Assembly (NCBI GenBank): GCA_903832295.1 | Contig: CAILAZ010000227.1 | Span: forward strand, 12,998 to 76,997 | From: an uncultured Acidobacteriota bacterium | Lineage (GTDB): Bacteria; Acidobacteriota; Terriglobia; Terriglobales; Acidobacteriaceae | Length of the DNA: 64,000 nt | Reading direction: 5' to 3' | Part shown: in pieces, positions 62,382-64,000 of the stretch | How the letters are laid out: every line of letters begins with the position of its first letter | Position numbering within the stretch: position 1 is the stretch's first letter | Program-made: the position numbers and the translations under genes | The notes under the pieces: generated by a model | Told to the model about the DNA's origin: nothing | Seen by the model: the letters and a program-made list of their open reading frames with translations, nothing else | Database searches by the model: none

Positions 62382-64000
62382 ATGAGCATGAATCGACGAC
62401 AGTGGCTGAAGGTTACTGCCGGAATGGGTGCAGGACTGGCCCTCGCGGATCTGGGCGTCAACGTCCAGCAAGTGCATGCCGCCACACGCGGGATGAAGCT
62501 GAACGGCACTGCCGAGTTCACTTCCGCCTGCAACTTCTGTTCCTGTGGTTGTGGCATGATCTGCCACGTTAAAGACGGCAAGCTGATCAACCTGGAAGGC
62601 GATCCGGATCACATCATCAACCAGGGTTCGCTGTGCAGCAAGGGCGCGGCGATGTCTGCCGTACCGAATTCGCCGCAGCGCATCAAGAAGCCGATGTACC
62701 GCGCACCGGGCAGCGCCGAGTGGAAGGAAATCAGCTGGGACGAGGCCTACGACCGTATCGCCCACAAGATGAAGGACACTCGCGAAAAGACCTGGAAGGC
62801 AACCGAGATGGACGGCGACAAGCAACTGGTCGTCAACCGCACGGACGCGATCGCTTTCCTGGGCGCGGCGCAGAACACCAACGAAGAGTGCTACCTGATC
62901 ACGAAGGCCAGCCGCCTGCTCGGCACCGTGAACGTGGAACACCAGGCCAGACTTTGACACAGCCCCACCGTCCCCAGTTTGGGGGCAACATTCGGCCGTG
63001 GCGCGATGACCAATCACTGGCTGGACCTGCAGCACTCCAAGGTTTTCCTGATTGAGGGCAGCAACGCCGCCGAAAATCATGTGATGAGCATGAAGTGGAT
63101 CCGCAAGGCGCAGGAAAAAGGCGCCATCATTATCCACGTGGATCCCCGTTACAACCGCACCTCTTCAATCGCAGATATCTACGCCTGCATCCGCCCCGGT
63201 GCTGACATTGCATTCCTCGGCGCGATGATCAACTACATCCTGGAAAACAAGCTGTACGACGATGCCTACGTCAAGCTGCACACCAATGCGCTGATGCTGG
63301 CCAACCAGGATTTCGGTTTTGACGACGGCGTGTTCAGCGGCTACGACGAGGCCACACGGCACTACGAGATGGCTAGCTGGAGCTACCAGACCGCAGGGCC
63401 GGATAAGAAACCGAAGAAGGCCAAGAGCCTGGACGACCCGCACTGCGTGTTCGCACAGCTCAAGAAGCACTACAGCCGCTACACCATGGAGATGGGATCG
63501 CAGATCTCGGGTATCCCCGTGGAGACGATCAAGAAGATTGCCGACATCATGGCAACCACCAAGCCCGGAACCATCATGTACGCACTCGGCATGACGCAGC
63601 ACACGGTGGGCGTGCAGAACATTCGCTGCTACGGCGTGCTGCAGTTGTTGCTGGGCAACATTGGCAAGCCCGGCGGCGGTGTAAACGCGTTGCGCGGTGA
63701 GCCGAACGTGCAGGGTTCCAGCGACATGGCGGTGCTGAGCGGCTACATGCCCGGATACCTGACCTACCCGGCGCACAACGAGCCCACGCTGAAGGACTGG
63801 ACGAAGAACAACGGCACCTTCCGCGCCAAGTTCCTGGTGAACAACCTGAAGGCGTGGTTTGGCGACCAGGCCACGGCGGAGAACGACTTCGGCTATGGCT
63901 GGCTTCCCAAGCGCAGCCTGAAGGCGAACCACACGGTGTACGGGTTCTTTGAGTCGGCCGCCAAGGGCGACGTAAAGATGATGTACGTTATCGGGCAGAA
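62382..64000 (+). CDS. fdnG: formate dehydrogenase catalytic (alpha) subunit, Tat-exported, selenocysteine-containing; 3' end runs off window
   Basis: ATG 62382 (GGAGG 8 nt upstream). Tat signal MSMNRRQWLKVTAGMG, [4Fe-4S] motif CNFCSCGCGMIC. The frame continues through TGA at 62955-62957: VEHQARL-U-HSPTVPSLGATFGRGAMTNHW, matching the FdnG/FdoG Sec site. The ORF track splits it at the TGA. Confidence 0.88.
62958..62990 (+). other. candidate SECIS hairpin downstream of the UGA
   Basis: GCCCC (62962-62966) or CCCC (62972-62975) can pair with GGGGGC (62981-62986), placing a G+C hairpin 5-30 nt 3' of the UGA. The exact fold was not computed. Confidence 0.45.

Noticed and set aside
62955-62957. 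The TGA as a genuine stop, or the formate dehydrogenase as a pseudogene or split gene
   Set aside because: The frame stays open for more than 1 kb after the TGA, and the flanking residues (HQARL-U-HSPT...GRGAMTNHW) match the selenocysteine active site of FdnG-type enzymes.
1-64000. CRISPR arrays, tRNA/rRNA genes, transposases, integrases, prophage or toxin-antitoxin pairs
   Set aside because: I scanned all spacers longer than 70 nt and all unassigned ORFs. I found no regularly spaced direct repeats, no cloverleaf-compatible GTTCRANYC T-loops, and no recombinase or transposase motifs.

Overview
This is a 64-kb, gene-dense, chromosomal-looking segment with about 70 CDS. It probably comes from an Acidobacteriota (Terriglobia-like) genome; that is an inference from protein families and codon style only. 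I recognised no rRNA, tRNA, CRISPR array, transposase, integrase, phage or obvious defence genes. The ORF track renders ATG, GTG and TTG starts all as M, and many ORFs carry spurious N-terminal extensions that I trimmed.

The left block (1-22.3 kb) holds the hisI-hisG-hisD-hisC operon on the minus strand; hisC runs off the window. A His-codon leader peptide plus intrinsic terminator, both too short for the ORF track, sit upstream of that operon. The block also contains a MacB-type ABC pair, an esterase and a CobB sirtuin. It then carries an unusually consolidated nucleoside / nucleic-acid scavenging locus: tdk, a secreted S1/P1-like nuclease, cdd, a signal-peptide adenosine deaminase, hpt, deoC, deoA, nupC, PNP, udk and a secreted phosphoesterase.

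The right block (22.3-64 kb) holds zapA plus a zapB-like gene, two M48 proteases, orphan ABC permeases, PBP1A, ruvX, carD, greA, and a PerR-like Fur with ahpCD. It also holds a 2-oxoacid:ferredoxin oxidoreductase + CoA-transferase operon, rpiB, alr, dnaB, two monoheme cytochromes c, two GT21-like and one GT39 glycosyltransferase, tyrS, dut, efp, acyP and apt. It ends with a Tat-signal formate dehydrogenase that has an in-frame TGA (selenocysteine) and runs off the window.

The strongest non-gene signals are:
- the his attenuator;
- an abrupt switch of strand composition (top strand C-rich to G-rich, with a GC3 drop) at the zapB|M48 divergent spacer near 22.3-22.6 kb;
- a 520-nt structured non-coding block ending in a terminator just upstream of dnaB;
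- several intergenic motif arrays.

I found no evidence for a novel multi-gene system such as a defence island.
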